DNA of 64,000 bases from an uncultured Clostridia bacterium. Its GTDB lineage: Bacteria; Bacillota; Clostridia; Christensenellales; CAG-314. Below are positions 52,412 to 61,971 of this stretch, one piece after another. The notes below the pieces were generated by a model. That model ran no database searches. It was given only the letters and a program-made list of their open reading frames with translations, and was not told the origin of the DNA. The DNA is taken from positions 164,104 through 228,103 of the forward strand of contig CANOTO010000001.1 of NCBI GenBank assembly GCA_947570215.1, read 5' to 3'. The stretch's first letter is position 1; every line of letters begins with the position of its first letter. Both the position numbers and the translations under genes were made by a program.

Positions 52412-54665
52412 CGTTGGACGACGTTCCGAAATAACGCTGATGCATCGTATTTTCTTCCTGTAAAAACCTTTTGAGATTGGTCGTACGCGCAGCGACGTAA
52501 TTGTTATGTATCATCATGGACAGTATCTTTTTACTGCCTACTATCACAACAGCCTGCTTTGCGCGCGTAATAGCCGTATATAACAGATTTTTGTTTATTA
52601 TAGTCGGCGGTCCGTTGACAAGCGGAACCACTACCACAGGAAATTCGCTGCCTTGACTCTTATGAATGGTTATAGCGTACGCTAATTGCAAATCGGACAA
52701 ATCCGCCGACGTATAGCTTGCCAATCGGTTGTCGTCGAACAACACTTCCATTATTCCGTTGGCTCTGTCTATTTGCCTTACAACGCCGATATCGCCGTTG
52801 AATACTCCCGCGCCTTCTTCGATTATTCCGTCCTTGTTAAGACGCGTATAGGTCAACTCGTAATTGTTGACCGTTTGCATTACGCGGTCGCCTACTCTTA
52901 TAACCGATTTACCCACCTGCAATTCGTTTTTGCCGTAAAGACGCGGATTCAAAGCCTGCTGCAAACGCGTATTGAGATTTTCCACTCCCGCTACGCCGTT
53001 TTTTAACGCTCCGAGAACCTGTATTTCGGACGGCGGCAAAGCAGTAAATTTAGGCAGTCTGGTCGTTACCAATTCCACTACGGTATCCGACACCTGCTGA
53101 AAATCCGAATAATTCATAAAGAAAAAGTCGCGGCTACGGTTATTGATCTCGGGCATTTGCCCTTGGTTTATCAAGTGAGCGTTGGAAACAATTAAGCTGT
53201 CGTCCGACTGTCTGTATATATGAGATAGATACCGTATCTCCACAACTCCGCTGCGTATTATATCCGCAAGCACGTTACCCGCGCCCACGCTGGGCAACTG
53301 ATCCTTGTCGCCGACAAGCACCAAGCGCGTGCCGTTTTCCAATGCGGATAACAAACTGTACATTACGGAAACGTCCACCATAGACAATTCGTCCACGACT
53401 ACGACGTCGCAGGGCAATGTATTGTTGCGGTTGTACTTAAACGCCATCTTGTCCCCGCGCAGCTCGTAGCCAAGAAGACGGTGAATCGTCTTCGCTTCGC
53501 TGCCGATAGCCTGCGACATTCGCTTTGCCGCTCTGCCCGTCGGCGCGCAGAACTCCATTCGCAAGCCGTGAGAAGTGAGAATTTCCGCTATACATTTGAT
53601 AATGGTAGTCTTGCCCGTCCCCGGTCCGCCGGTTATAACGGTCACCCCGTTGACGAGAGCCGACTTAACCGCGCCCAATTGCCCCTTATGAAAGGTAATT
53701 TTGTTTACCTTTTCAAATTGCCCGATAAGACTGTCCGCGTCAATCATAACGCGTTTTGCATCGTGACCGAGAGATATCAAACGGGAGGCGATGGATTTTT
53801 CCAATTTGAAATATTTAACAAGAGACACGCACCTGACGTTATCGACTTCGAACACTTTTACAACGGGTTCCAGCACTAACTTGGTTACGGTATCTTCCAC
53901 CAACTGCCCGTGTTCGGACAAGTCGGCGCCGAGAAGATTGGAACACGCGGAGAACAAATCGTCGAACAGCAAATAGGTATTACCCTGCTTTTCGGCGGCT
54001 TCCTTCAATACGTATATTACGGCGGCGCGAACGCGAAATTCGCCGAGTTGTTCCACGCCCATACTTTGCGCGATTTTGTCCGCCGTAATAAAACCCACCC
54101 CCTCTACGTCGTCGATTAAACGGTAAGGATTGGCGAGCACCAACCTTTTTGTCTCGTCCTTGTATATATTGTAAATTTTTACTGCCAAATTGACCGTTAA
54201 GCCGTAACCCTGCAAAAACATAATCTGCTCCTGCATGCTTTTAAGCTCCGCAACCGCATTAGCTATATCCATAGCCTTGCGCTGAGATATGCCCTTAACC
54301 CGCACAAGCTGCATGGGATTGTTTTCGATAACGCCGAACGTGTCTTCGCCGAATTTGTCGTAAATATTGTTGGCTGTAACCTCGCCTATGCCCTTGATAA
54401 GCCCGCTGGACAAATACTTGACTATTCCTTCGCGGGAAGTGGGGTCGCTCATCGTATATTGCTCCACCGACAATTGTTCGCCGTATTTGTTGTGCAGCGA
54501 CACCTTGCCGGCAACGGTTAGCACCGCGCCGACGGAAAGCGTAGGAAAATTACCGACGCAGGTTATGTTGTCCCCGTCGATAGTATCCAAACAGAATACT
54601 GTATATCCGTTATCTTCGTTGCGGTAAATTATCCCCGCAACGGTGCCCTTCGCCGTCAAATCCAA
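52374..54665 (-). CDS. recD2: RecD2-type SF1B ATP-dependent DNA helicase
   Basis: 763 aa with a TTG start. N-terminal YRNEDNGYTVF OB-like region, HhH region, Walker A GGPGTGKTT, and motifs VVVDELSMV and TIHKSQGSEF. Confidence 0.9.
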   Translation of the reverse strand: MDLTAKGTVAGIIYRNEDNGYTVFCLDTIDGDNITCVGNFPTLSVGAVLTVAGKVSLHNKYGEQLSVEQYTMSDPTSREGIVKYLSSGLIKGIGEVTANNIYDKFGEDTFGVIENNPMQLVRVKGISQRKAMDIANAVAELKSMQEQIMFLQGYGLTVNLAVKIYNIYKDETKRLVLANPYRLIDDVEGVGFITADKIAQSMGVEQLGEFRVRAAVIYVLKEAAEKQGNTYLLFDDLFSACSNLLGADLSEHGQLVEDTVTKLVLEPVVKVFEVDNVRCVSLVKYFKLEKSIASRLISLGHDAKRVMIDADSLIGQFEKVNKITFHKGQLGAVKSALVNGVTVITGGPGTGKTTIIKCIAEILTSHGLRMEFCAPTGRAAKRMSQAIGSEAKTIHRLLGYELRGDKMAFKYNRNNTLPCDVVVVDELSMVDVSVMYSLLSALENGTRLVLVGDKDQLPSVGAGNVLADIIRSGVVEIRYLSHIYRQSDDSLIVSNAHLINQGQMPEINNRSRDFFFMNYSDFQQVSDTVVELVTTRLPKFTALPPSEIQVLGALKNGVAGVENLNTRLQQALNPRLYGKNELQVGKSVIRVGDRVMQTVNNYELTYTRLNKDGIIEEGAGVFNGDIGVVRQIDRANGIMEVLFDDNRLASYTSADLSDLQLAYAITIHKSQGSEFPVVVVPLVNGPPTIINKNLLYTAITRAKQAVVIVGSKKILSMMIHNNYVAARTTNLKRFLQEENTMHQRYFGTSSNGENAKTTEEDIQ

Positions 54666-54684
54666 TTCAGTGTCCGCCTTTACC

Positions 54685-55866
54685 CTATACGTATTTTTTA
54701 AGATCGTCCACCTTGTCTAAACGCTCCCAAGGAAATTCGTTTCTGCCGAAATGTCCGTAACTGGCAGTCTGAGTATAAATGGGACGTTGAAGCTGAAATT
54801 TGTTTATTATGGCGCGCGGACGCAGATCGAATTCTTCGTCGATAATCTCCGATAAAATTCCGTCGTCAACCTTACCCGTGCCGTAGGTATTTACGTCTAT
54901 CGATACGGGCTTACTGCGCCCAATTGCGTAAGACACTTGAAGCTGTATCTTATCCGCCAAGCCTGCGGCTACTATATTCTTGCAGATATACCGCGCCATA
55001 TACGTTGCGGAACGGTCCACCTTGGTTGGATCCTTGCCGGAAAAAGCTCCGCCGCCGTGCGCGCAGTAGCCTCCGTAGGTATCTACGATAATCTTACGTC
55101 CGGTCAGTCCCGAGTCGGCGGCGGGTCCGCCTATTTCGAAACGCCCGGTGGGGTTAATGTAGTACTTGGTTTCTTCGTCCAATAAGCCGAGCGGTACAAC
55201 TTGACGTATAACGTGCTTTATCATATCGGCGGCAATATTGGACGAAGACACTTCCGACCCGTGCTGCGTGGACAGAACTATCGTGTCGACGCGGCAGGGC
55301 TTATCGTTCTCGTCGTATTCCACCGTAACCTGACATTTTCCGTCGGGACGCAGATAATCCACAATTCCTTCCTTACGCACCTGAGCAAGACGCTGTGAAA
55401 GCTTTTGCGCGAGCATAATTGCCATTGGCATATATTCCGGCGTTTCGTTGCAAGCGTAGCCGAACATCATACCCTGATCGCCCGCGCCGTACATATCCAG
55501 TATTTCGCCGCGGTTACGGTATTCGTCGGAGCGGTCGACGCCGAGAGCTATATCCGGCGACTGCTTGTCCAACGAAATAATTACGCCGCAACTATCTGCG
55601 TCGAAGCCGTACTTGGCTCGGGTATAGCCTATTTCGCGCACGGTATTGCGTACTATGGCAGAGTAATCCACTACCGCAGTTGTGGAAATCTGACCCATAA
55701 CGAAAACCGTACCCGTACATACCACCGTTTCGCAAGCTACGCGAGCGTCGGGATCCTTGGCAATTATTGCGTCCAATATCGCGTCGGATATCTGATCGCA
55801 CATTTTGTCGGGATGCCCTTCCGTTACCGATTCGGACGTAAAAAACCTGTGTTTGTTGCTCTTCAT
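54685..55866 (-). CDS. metK: S-adenosylmethionine synthetase
   Basis: 393 aa. [33 protein letters not shown] and [16 protein letters not shown]. Confidence 0.97.
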   Translation of the reverse strand: MKSNKHRFFTSESVTEGHPDKMCDQISDAILDAIIAKDPDARVACETVVCTGTVFVMGQISTTAVVDYSAIVRNTVREIGYTRAKYGFDADSCGVIISLDKQSPDIALGVDRSDEYRNRGEILDMYGAGDQGMMFGYACNETPEYMPMAIMLAQKLSQRLAQVRKEGIVDYLRPDGKCQVTVEYDENDKPCRVDTIVLSTQHGSEVSSSNIAADMIKHVIRQVVPLGLLDEETKYYINPTGRFEIGGPAADSGLTGRKIIVDTYGGYCAHGGGAFSGKDPTKVDRSATYMARYICKNIVAAGLADKIQLQVSYAIGRSKPVSIDVNTYGTGKVDDGILSEIIDEEFDLRPRAIINKFQLQRPIYTQTASYGHFGRNEFPWERLDKVDDLKKYV

Positions 55867-55902
55867 TCAATACTCCTTTATCTCTATCGAAGGCGTGTTT
55901 AC

Positions 55903-55933
55903 AAAAAATCGGTCTTGCCCAAAAGACAAGACC
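55903..55933 (-). terminator. Expression-platform terminator of the SAM riboswitch
   Basis: Minus strand: ggtcttgtc-tttt-gggcaagacc, followed by gatttttt. Confidence 0.75.
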
Positions 55934-55955
55934 GCGCAATTTGCCGTATTCGCCG

Positions 55956-56083
55956 TCCCATCTTCCAAGACGGCCTGACGCATAGATTTGTATGCGGCAA
56001 GCTTCTTGCGGAATTTAGCACCTAACGTTATTTTAGGTTGCTGTGACTTCACCGAGTCCGTCTCTCCGTCACTCTCGATAGGT
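55956..56083 (-). promoter_or_regulatory. SAM-I (S-box) riboswitch aptamer
   Basis: Minus strand: CCUAUCGAGAGUGACGGAGAGACGGACUCGGUGAAGUCACAGCAACC...GGUGCUAAAUUCCGCAAG...GGAAGAUGGGA. This matches the S-box core (AUCnAGAG, GGAG-GAC, UGAA, GCAACC, GGUGCUAAnUCC, AGAU closing P1). Located upstream of metK. Confidence 0.85.
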
Positions 56084-56089
56084 TAGTTA

Positions 56090-56118
56090 ATTATAGCATT
56101 TGAAGCAAACGTTGTCAA
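56090..56118 (-). promoter_or_regulatory. Sigma-A-type promoter of the metK leader
   Basis: Minus strand: TTGACA, 17 nt, TATAAT, just upstream of the riboswitch P1. Confidence 0.6.
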
Positions 56119-56168
56119 CAATAACCGACAGACATTACGAAAGTTGTAAAAATATGTTCTCTCGGACT

Positions 56169-57584
56169 TTATTGCTCGCCTTGATTGCCGTCGGACAAGT
56201 CGCTACCTATCCCCGTTTTCTTTTTTCGCTTAAACTTAACAAACACTATGACATTCATTACCGCAAATAATCCTATACAAGCGGCAAGCGTAATTATACT
56301 CGCCGTCATACCGCCTGCGGCGTATCCCGCAAGCAATAGCATCGGAAACCCAAACGCCATGGCAGGCACGCTCTGCATAATCAAATTATTAGCCGCGGGA
56401 GTTTGAAACTTGGGATCGATTTCTCTAAGCAGAATCATACCCGTACTCGCCGTACCGGTAAGCATTCCAAAAAGAGAAACCATCGCCTGATATCGGTACG
56501 TAGGATATAAACGCTTGCATACAAAGTCGAGATATACGAACGTTACGGCCGTTCCGAACACGCACAACAACAGCAACGGCAGCCAGAGCTTTTGTATTAC
56601 TTCGAATTGTATTGCGGATATTCCCGCAAGTATCATCATATCGAATACAAAGCCCGAAATACGATTCATCATATAATTATTGACATAATCGCGCTTCATA
56701 GCGTTACATTTCCGCAACAATTGTATTATCTTTTTAACAAGTAACGCGAAAAGAGTACCGAACAAAAAATTAAAACCCCAAATTAACGGTTTTAACGTAT
56801 TTTCGCCGAAATTGCCCAAAATGCCTGTGTCTATAATCGCGGTAACGCCCCACATCAGCAAATACGTCAGCAAATACGTTCCCAAAACGATGCCGACCTG
56901 AACGGTAAATTTGTCAATAGAATCCGACAGCGGAATATCGTTAGGCGCATCCGCTTGTTCGACGATTTCGGTGAACTCACCTTTGTTAACGTCCAACAAA
57001 CGGTTTTTGTGTTTAAGAATATTCAAATAAATAACGCCTACTATGCACGCCACCAAAAAGCCGACCGTCGCAATAGTCAAACCGAAGCTGCGACCGCCGT
57101 ACAATCCGTTAAGCTCGTACGTACTGCCGAAATTCAACGCTTGTCCGGGACCTTGACCGAAGCCCAACGGCAACAGCAGTCCGGCAGCAGGTATAAGCTC
57201 CTTTATTGCAAGAGACAACAAAATCGTTATCGTTATGCCGACTATACCTTGTATCAAATACGTACCGACTACTACCGCGCCCGTTTTGACTACGATTCCC
57301 GTACCGTCCGACTTGTTGACGTTGTTTTTAAGCGCAATGGCAATAAAACCCAGCGCCAAGCAATGGTAAGCAATGCCTTCCATAAAATTCGCGTCGATAA
57401 ATTTATTGACTGCGGGAATAAACTTAAATATCAAAATAATAAGCCCGCCCACAACGGCGCTGGGCAATAACGACTTGCGTACAAACGGCACCAATCGGCG
57501 AACGGTATTACCTATAAGCGCGGCGACAAGCAAAATACTGATTTGCACCAATGCCGACCAAAAAGAATAATCCCACGTACTCAT
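56169..57584 (-). CDS. GltS-like (ESS family) sodium/glutamate symporter-like carrier
   Basis: 471 aa and polytopic. The N-terminal pattern (LLVAALIGNTVRR...LLPSAVVGGLI) and LLLPLGFGQGPGQALNFG resemble the GltS layout. Substrate uncertain. Confidence 0.5.
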   Translation of the reverse strand: MSTWDYSFWSALVQISILLVAALIGNTVRRLVPFVRKSLLPSAVVGGLIILIFKFIPAVNKFIDANFMEGIAYHCLALGFIAIALKNNVNKSDGTGIVVKTGAVVVGTYLIQGIVGITITILLSLAIKELIPAAGLLLPLGFGQGPGQALNFGSTYELNGLYGGRSFGLTIATVGFLVACIVGVIYLNILKHKNRLLDVNKGEFTEIVEQADAPNDIPLSDSIDKFTVQVGIVLGTYLLTYLLMWGVTAIIDTGILGNFGENTLKPLIWGFNFLFGTLFALLVKKIIQLLRKCNAMKRDYVNNYMMNRISGFVFDMMILAGISAIQFEVIQKLWLPLLLLCVFGTAVTFVYLDFVCKRLYPTYRYQAMVSLFGMLTGTASTGMILLREIDPKFQTPAANNLIMQSVPAMAFGFPMLLLAGYAAGGMTASIITLAACIGLFAVMNVIVFVKFKRKKKTGIGSDLSDGNQGEQ

Positions 57585-58726
57585 AACCTAACTCCCTTAT
57601 ATAAATCCAAATACTTTAACGAGCAAAATCTTTTGTCTCCCCGTATTTGATACGTCTTACCTTCGCAGTAGAAATCGACCCTATCGCGCTGAACAATAGC
57701 TAATCCTTCGATATCCCGCCAATAAAACGTTTTGCTGTTTTTTGACGAAAACACAGTAATTCCGTTAACGTCTGTTTTAACCCTGTCTCCGTCGAGTTTG
57801 CGCTTACGTTTGAACCGAATACTTTCAAACAGTCGGATATTTTCGTCGCATAAAACGACCCCGTCGTTGCGCACAGCATCGATTAAACGTTTTTTCTCCC
57901 AATCGTACCACTCCAAAATCTCGTTGAATTTGTCGTCGCCCTGAATATGCAGGTTTTCGCCAAACTGCCACTGCTTGTTGCAGCTTTCGCAATTAAAATG
58001 CGACTTGTGAGATTTAATAGTAGAAATTGCTCCGCAATTCGGACACATATACAAAACTCTCTCTATCTTCTCCGCACGTCGTTTCGAAGCGAAGCTTTGT
58101 CCCGAAGCAACGTCGTATACCGACAAATTATTGCATATCAGCTTGAATAACTCGCCGTTAGGCATGTCCTTATATTCATTCGGCTGTAATACCAATTTGA
58201 CGTATCCGCGCATTTTGCCCTTGCGCTTCGAAACGCCCCATCGCGGATCGCTGCCGTAACCGCCTTCGATGTTGTACAATACCAGCGGAACCTTGGACAA
58301 TTTTACAAACTTCGCCACGGAATCCGTCATTTCCCACTGCGCGCCCGTTAAAGTACGGTTTCCTTCGGGGAATATGCCCACTGCGCCGCCTTCCTTTAAT
58401 ACTCTCAAACAATCGCGTATGGCTTGCATATCCAATGACGATTTACTAATGGGTATCGGAGCGACCAAATGCTTTAACAGACCCGATGCGACGGGAATAT
58501 TGAATATATCGTCTGTGGCGCAAAAATATATCGGGCACTTGAAGGACAATGACGCGAATATCGGATCGAATGTCGTCGCGTGATTGCTCATAAGTAAAAA
58601 CGGCGGTTTTATCGACGACTTAACCCCATTGTAATTATACTTAATTTTAGTGTGCGCGCCGAATATCACACGCAACACGGCGAACACTGCTTTATGTCGT
58701 TTGCTTGTCCATCTTTTTCGAGCCAT
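57581..58726 (-). CDS. PlsC-family (lysophospholipid) acyltransferase with C-terminal zinc-ribbon-containing extension
   Basis: 381 aa. HX4D motif SNHATTFD and FPEGNRT. The C-terminal ~180 aa contain CPNCG...CESCN. The stop overlaps the next gene's ATG (ATGA). Confidence 0.7.
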   Translation of the reverse strand: MARKRWTSKRHKAVFAVLRVIFGAHTKIKYNYNGVKSSIKPPFLLMSNHATTFDPIFASLSFKCPIYFCATDDIFNIPVASGLLKHLVAPIPISKSSLDMQAIRDCLRVLKEGGAVGIFPEGNRTLTGAQWEMTDSVAKFVKLSKVPLVLYNIEGGYGSDPRWGVSKRKGKMRGYVKLVLQPNEYKDMPNGELFKLICNNLSVYDVASGQSFASKRRAEKIERVLYMCPNCGAISTIKSHKSHFNCESCNKQWQFGENLHIQGDDKFNEILEWYDWEKKRLIDAVRNDGVVLCDENIRLFESIRFKRKRKLDGDRVKTDVNGITVFSSKNSKTFYWRDIEGLAIVQRDRVDFYCEGKTYQIRGDKRFCSLKYLDLYKGVRL

Positions 58727-58875
58727 TAATTTCTCCGTAAGATAATTATATCGTAAACGAATTGCATTTACACAAAACTATAAATTCGGAACGTAATACG
58801 ATATAATCAAAACCCATTGTGTTCCATTAAACACGGTTGATTACTTAAATGTTATGAGTTATATTAAAACGCCGT

Positions 58876-59508
58876 TTACCCAACGACTACGTTTGTCAAA
58901 TTATATGAACAAACGCATTCCGCAACGGATACAACCGACAAATAGTAACCGACTTCGCCGCTTTTAACAATTATTGTTTTGCAATGCGAATTCGCAGTTT
59001 CCAACTTGTCAGCAACAAAGCATTTACCGTTATCACGCTTAAACAGCGCTTCCTTTTCCGTCCACAGTATATTTGCTCGTAAACTGCGCTCCGATAATGC
59101 CAATCGGGACAACGCCGAACGCTCGGTCGGAGTAAGTATGCGAGCTCGAAGCTTTTCGTCAAATCTTTCCGCGTCGATTTTTTCTATATCTATTCCTACG
59201 GGCGAACGGGACACGGCGACGGCGACCAAATCATCCGTGTGCGACAACGAAAACTCGCACTCACAGCACTTCCACTTGCCGTTGGAAGTTTTGTCAAACG
59301 CTACGTTCGCGGCGTTCAGCCCCAAGGAACGCATTAAAGCATATTCCAGCAGTTTCCAAACGTAAAACTTACTTTTACGCGTATTTTCGTCGGAGCAATC
59401 GGCTATTTCGCGCGCACGCGCGGCGCAAACAACGTTGCTATCCGTTTCGAAGGGATAACGCGCCGCATATACGTCTACCTCGGTTAAACTGTCAGGATTA
59501 TTCTTCAT
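58876..59508 (-). CDS. Sfp-type 4'-phosphopantetheinyl transferase
   Basis: 210 aa. FSLSHTDDLVAVAVS...VGIDIEKI and WTEKEALFK motifs. Confidence 0.7.
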   Translation of the reverse strand: MKNNPDSLTEVDVYAARYPFETDSNVVCAARAREIADCSDENTRKSKFYVWKLLEYALMRSLGLNAANVAFDKTSNGKWKCCECEFSLSHTDDLVAVAVSRSPVGIDIEKIDAERFDEKLRARILTPTERSALSRLALSERSLRANILWTEKEALFKRDNGKCFVADKLETANSHCKTIIVKSGEVGYYLSVVSVAECVCSYNLTNVVVG

Positions 59509-59589
59509 TAACGTTTAGTTTAACATTTGATACGCATATTGTCAACGAAACGCAACCCAAACAACATGTAAACAACTGCCGTGCAAACG

Positions 59590-59624
59590 AAAATATCCGA
59601 CGCCATATAAGCGTCGGATATTTT
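59590..59624. terminator. Bidirectional-looking terminator hairpin after the GPH carrier gene
   Basis: aaaatatccgacgc-catataa-gcgtcggatatttt (14-bp stem). Confidence 0.6.
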
Positions 59625-59640
59625 AATTGTTCGGGTATCG

Positions 59641-61560
59641 TTATTCTTTTGCTTCCGGCAGGTCGGTTACCGTTGCGTTAGCGGTCGGTTCGGATACCGC
59701 TTGCTGCAAATTTTCCTTGCGCCTGTCTATTTCTTCAAGCATCATATCGTAGTAATCTTCCGTTATGATAAACTTTTTGTGCTGTATAATCAACGAAATA
59801 ATCAAGAATACGATGGGAATAAGCGAAACGCCCATGCGCAGCCACAATCGCATAGAAAGGTCGCCGTTATCCTTGAAGTTGGCGTTAGCGGCGTTGTACG
59901 CTTTGTCAACCCTGCCGCCCTGTAACGTCAGCGTTTCGGCGGAATAGCTCATTGCCAGAGAATACTGCTTGCCGTCCGTCAACACTTCGTTCGCTTTGCC
60001 TGCTTCTACGTCCTTGACAAGCGAAACGAATACGGCTTCGCCCTTGTCGTTTTTAGTCATTATTGCCGCGTCGCCGATACTGGATACGTATTCGGGAGAA
60101 ATCTGGTGTCCCGCAAGCGGCTTAGTCTTGTCGGCAGCCTCGTAATTTTCTATACGCTCAGAAAAATCGTCAACGTATTCTTTGTCGGACCTTTGCTCGT
60201 CCGTAGCTTCGTTCCACTCTACACGGAACTTGTTAACCGCGTCGATATACGCCGTTTGCTCGGCAATCGTCACGCCGTCGGCATTGAAGTAACCCGTCTG
60301 CGACTCCAACGTCGAAATATTCTGCGACAGACCGTACACCGCAGAAGCCGTAAGAATAAGCGTTACTATGCCGTACTTTAACGCGTCGGCAAATTTAGCC
60401 ATAAACGGGCGAAGCGTGGAGATAACCGCTTCGTTACGTTCGCCCCGCTTATATTCGTTGTATTCCACGCAATTGGTCATATTGATTATATTAGCCATAT
60501 AATACAACGCCTGTCCGATAAAGACAAATGCTCCGAACACGCTAAGCGAGATCAGATTAAACGGCAAGAAATCCCACCAACCGATAAGCGCAACGCCCAA
60601 ATATCCGAAGCACGCAAGCGCGACAGACAAGATTTGCAGCTTTCTCCTTCCCAATTTTTTAGCGAGCATAGGATAGAACACCTGCGAAAGCACATTGAAT
60701 ACGCCGAATATCGCAACAAATACTATCGCGTTTCCGTCGTAGCCTATTTCCAAATAATACAGATTGTAGGCAAGCCCTACAAGCATTGCGGAGCCTACGT
60801 TATAAAATAAGGTGGACAGCGTCATCCATAATATTTGGTCGTTGTGACGAATCGTATTCCACATTTGTTTTAAGGAAATCTTTTCGTTTACTTCCAACTG
60901 CGAACGCGGACGTTCCTTGATGAACAAAGCCATAACCGTTTGCATAACCACGAAAATAACGGCGATGCCTACGCTTATCCAACGAAACGCCAAGCGGACG
61001 TGCCCCGGATACAAGAAGGATATAACGCCCTGCGCCACGAACGCGCCCAATCCCGCGAAAATAACGGTAAGCGTAGTCGCTTGATCGCGCTGCTGCTTTT
61101 TGCTGGACAAACTTGCAAGCATAGACCAATATCCTATATCGTTCATGGTAAACGCGCTTTCCCACAGTAAATACATTACCGCCATAAATACGACGAAGCC
61201 CCAACCTGAAACGGACTGAACATTAAACATGGCAATTATAATTGCGCCCGTCAGTACCGCGCCGATAAGTATCCAAGGACGGAACTTACCGAACTTCATA
61301 TGCGAGCCTTCGATAATCGCGCCCATCATCGGGTCGTTTATCGCGTCCCATATACGTCCAACAACGCCGATAAGCAAGCTTATTACGGTAAACTGTAAAA
61401 CGGACAGCGTAGTCCCGAATTGAATATACGTCAACAAAAAGGACGCAATCAATTGGTACGACATATCTCTGCCGAAGCCCGAAACTGTAAACAGCCATTT
61501 GTTTCTGTTAAACTGTCTGTCCTCGGCGGATATTTCTCTTTTCATCACCTTTTCCGACAT
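59641..61560 (-). CDS. GPH-family (glycoside-pentoside-hexuronide:cation) symporter with ~155-aa extracytoplasmic insertion
   Basis: Start set at ATG 61560 (MSEKVMK) behind AGGAG. GRIWDAINDPMMGAIIE...FGKFRPWILIG is the GPH signature region. There is a long hydrophilic segment before the last TM helix. Confidence 0.8.
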   Translation of the reverse strand: MSEKVMKREISAEDRQFNRNKWLFTVSGFGRDMSYQLIASFLLTYIQFGTTLSVLQFTVISLLIGVVGRIWDAINDPMMGAIIEGSHMKFGKFRPWILIGAVLTGAIIIAMFNVQSVSGWGFVVFMAVMYLLWESAFTMNDIGYWSMLASLSSKKQQRDQATTLTVIFAGLGAFVAQGVISFLYPGHVRLAFRWISVGIAVIFVVMQTVMALFIKERPRSQLEVNEKISLKQMWNTIRHNDQILWMTLSTLFYNVGSAMLVGLAYNLYYLEIGYDGNAIVFVAIFGVFNVLSQVFYPMLAKKLGRRKLQILSVALACFGYLGVALIGWWDFLPFNLISLSVFGAFVFIGQALYYMANIINMTNCVEYNEYKRGERNEAVISTLRPFMAKFADALKYGIVTLILTASAVYGLSQNISTLESQTGYFNADGVTIAEQTAYIDAVNKFRVEWNEATDEQRSDKEYVDDFSERIENYEAADKTKPLAGHQISPEYVSSIGDAAIMTKNDKGEAVFVSLVKDVEAGKANEVLTDGKQYSLAMSYSAETLTLQGGRVDKAYNAANANFKDNGDLSMRLWLRMGVSLIPIVFLIISLIIQHKKFIITEDYYDMMLEEIDRRKENLQQAVSEPTANATVTDLPEAKE

Positions 61561-61888
61561 ATTAGCTCCTTCATATAATATATTTTTCAAAAAATAATTA
61601 TCAGCAAAAAATTGTGCGTTCGCGGCTACTTATATACCTTTCGTTTATTCAGTTGACAATCTAAATCGATTGCAAAGAACACCGTTGAAATCCGTCAAGG
61701 TCTACAAAATAATAACAATTTAGCGGTGACGCATCTCGGGATTGTTTTTTATATTATTTATTTTCTTTCCGCTTCAGCACTACGGCTTACGATTGGTACG
61801 ATTTACGGGAAATTTGCCGATAATTCAGTATAGCACAAAACGTTTTAAGAATGTTAATAAATGAAAAAATCCGTTCAATCTTTTTCTA

Positions 61889-61921
61889 AAACGCCCGCAA
61901 GCGTGTTGCTTGCGGGCGTTT
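61889..61921. terminator. Terminator hairpin
   Basis: aaacgcccgcaagc-gtgtt-gcttgcgggcgttt (14-bp perfect stem). Confidence 0.55.
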
Positions 61922-61971
61922 ACTGTAAAAAGCGACGATTATGCGCGCATACAGATAAAAAACAATAAATT

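Noticed and set aside
61861-61968. 35-codon plus-strand ORF (MKKSVQSFSKTPASVLLAGVYCKKRRLCAHTDKKQ)
   Set aside because: Its middle is the 14-bp terminator stem-loop, it has no RBS, and it is most likely fortuitous.
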